A program made the translations under genes and the position numbers. A DNA stretch of 63,716 bases, counting the filler, from Octopus bimaculoides (taxonomy: Eukaryota): the NCBI RefSeq assembly GCF_001194135.2. It is 7 parts of 7 records of this genome, joined end to end, with 100 filler letters (N's around TTAATTAATTAA, not from the genome) between each part and the next. Parts side by side here need not be neighbours in the genome. Positions count along the whole stretch, not along the records: positions 61,990 to 63,716 come from NC_068992.1; 6 more parts are not named here. One strand, given 5' to 3'. The notes under the pieces were generated by a model. That model made no database searches and had not been told where the DNA came from. It saw nothing but the letters and a program-made list of their open reading frames with translations. Shown piece after piece: positions 62,347 through 63,716 of the stretch; position 1 is the stretch's first letter, and each line of letters starts with the position of its first letter.

Positions 62347-62499
62347 GTAAAAACAAAACAAGATACCTGATTAATCAAGCAATTGATATTTAGTGATTTT
62401 ACCGACCGGCTGTAAAACATACTACACCTTAAAAATAGAAATTTTCATTTCACCCACGGCCCATTTTCACCTTTACATACTCCACTTCTCATTCTTCAA

Positions 62500-62925
62500 A
62501 ATATATACTCTCTGTACTCGCCCATATTCACTATATACATCATTCAACGTATAGAGTTTCTGTTCTCACCATTAAATCTATTTACTATTTATACTCACCA
62601 TCCAACCAATTTGGTCGCTGTACTCCCAATCAAACATGTCCACAATCTGTACTCACCATTCAACACATAGATCACTCGACTTTTAAACTCCCTGTACTCA
62701 CTAGTCTACCCATCTACTGTCCGTACTCACTTGGCAAGTTATTTACTACCTGTAGTCACAATTCAAACTTTATATAGTCTATATTTACCATTCAGTTCAT
62801 ATATATTCGTTACTCCACATTTCGACGTGCATACTCTTTTTATTTCCCATTCAACCTTTGAATACTCCACCATTCGATCTATATACACTATGTACTCATA
62901 ATCGAACCTATATATTCATAACATT
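62500..62925. repeat. Degenerate minisatellite of about 29 bp (core CTGTACTCACCATTCAAC)
   Basis: About 13 recurrences of TGTACTC(A/C)C / CCATTCAAC-like motifs at roughly 28-30 bp spacing. Confidence 0.65.
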
Positions 62926-63224
62926 CCACTATTCCACCTGTATGCTCCTTGTACTCCACCACTCCGCCTGTGAATCACTAACGCTTCTACAGAAAAGGAG
63001 AAAGCTAAATCTAAAGAAAGAGTGAAAATCTCCAATGCAGGCTTTGCTGCTCTGTCTGGTCGTCTGAAACGAAGTTGTTCATTTGTTTTGACGTTGAAAT
63101 CCCACTTGGCTTCTGTAATTTCTACTTTTTCCAATATTATCTTAGCAAACGATATTCTCATTAAAATTCTAACAACAATGTTCTGAATTCTCTAATTCAA
63201 CTAAACAGCATTTGCTACTATGTT

Positions 63225-63360
63225 GATGTTGTTGTTCTTCTTTTTCTTTTTTTTCTTCACTTTCTTCACCTTCTTCACCTTCTTCACTTTCTTCATCTAC
63301 TTCACCTTCTTCACTTTCTTCACTTTCTTCATCATCTTCTTCTTCTTCTTCTTCTTCTTC

Positions 63361-63456
<96 letters not shown>

Positions 63457-63460
63457 TTGT
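63225..63460. repeat. Compound trinucleotide array (TTC/CAC)n-(TTA)n-(GTA)n
   Basis: Read directly. Confidence 0.9.
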
Positions 63461-63537
63461 TTAGTACTATTTTTGCTGCTGACCTCTTCTGACGTGCTTT
63501 TCGTATCACTCTCCGATGTTGGTTTCTAAAAGAGCCC

Positions 63538-63575
<38 letters not shown>

Positions 63576-63716
63576 ACTCGCTGACACTCACACACACAAA
63601 TATGAATATGAATATGAAGAGAGAAATGGAGGGGACAGGTAGATAGGTAGTTACACACGCACGCGCACAGACACACATACATACATACATACATGCATTC
63701 ATACAGATTTACATAT

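Overview
AT-rich, microsatellite-dense animal genomic DNA, most likely Octopus (inferred from the recurrent tRNA-headed SINE families and (TA)n/(TG)n density; not provable without a search). It is not one contig: six artificial 100-bp joins (44 N + TTAATTAATTAA + 44 N) split it into seven pieces, and there are many ordinary N gaps. I can support only one host-gene coding exon: a 258-bp phase-1/phase-1 exon (13334-13591, +) encoding part of the amino-terminal domain of a kainate-type ionotropic glutamate receptor. A 152-bp frameshifted copy of part of that exon lies 1 kb upstream. The rest is intron/intergenic DNA with transposon debris: three SINE families (called A, B, C here), remnants of RTE, CR1/L2-type, CRE-type, R2/Hero-type, R4/Dong-type and Penelope-like retroelements, two Helitron coding remnants, a mariner remnant and MITEs. 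Most interesting: (i) two minimal hammerhead-ribozyme-like motifs in Penelope-LTR-like repeats, sense to the receptor exon, with complementary defects; (ii) SINE B repeatedly inserted at AGAA/ACGTTAG inside its own head, giving nested and tandem copies; (iii) the local exon-fragment copy inside a TA microsatellite; (iv) a perfect 26-bp fold-back inside a SINE; (v) an X-box/NRF1/CCAAT-like promoter island and a chained DR5 array. No rRNA, true tRNA, CRISPR array or prokaryotic system is evident. Most ORF-track entries are microsatellite or N-run artefacts. Repeat boundaries are hand-estimated (about +/-10 bp unless a TSD is given).
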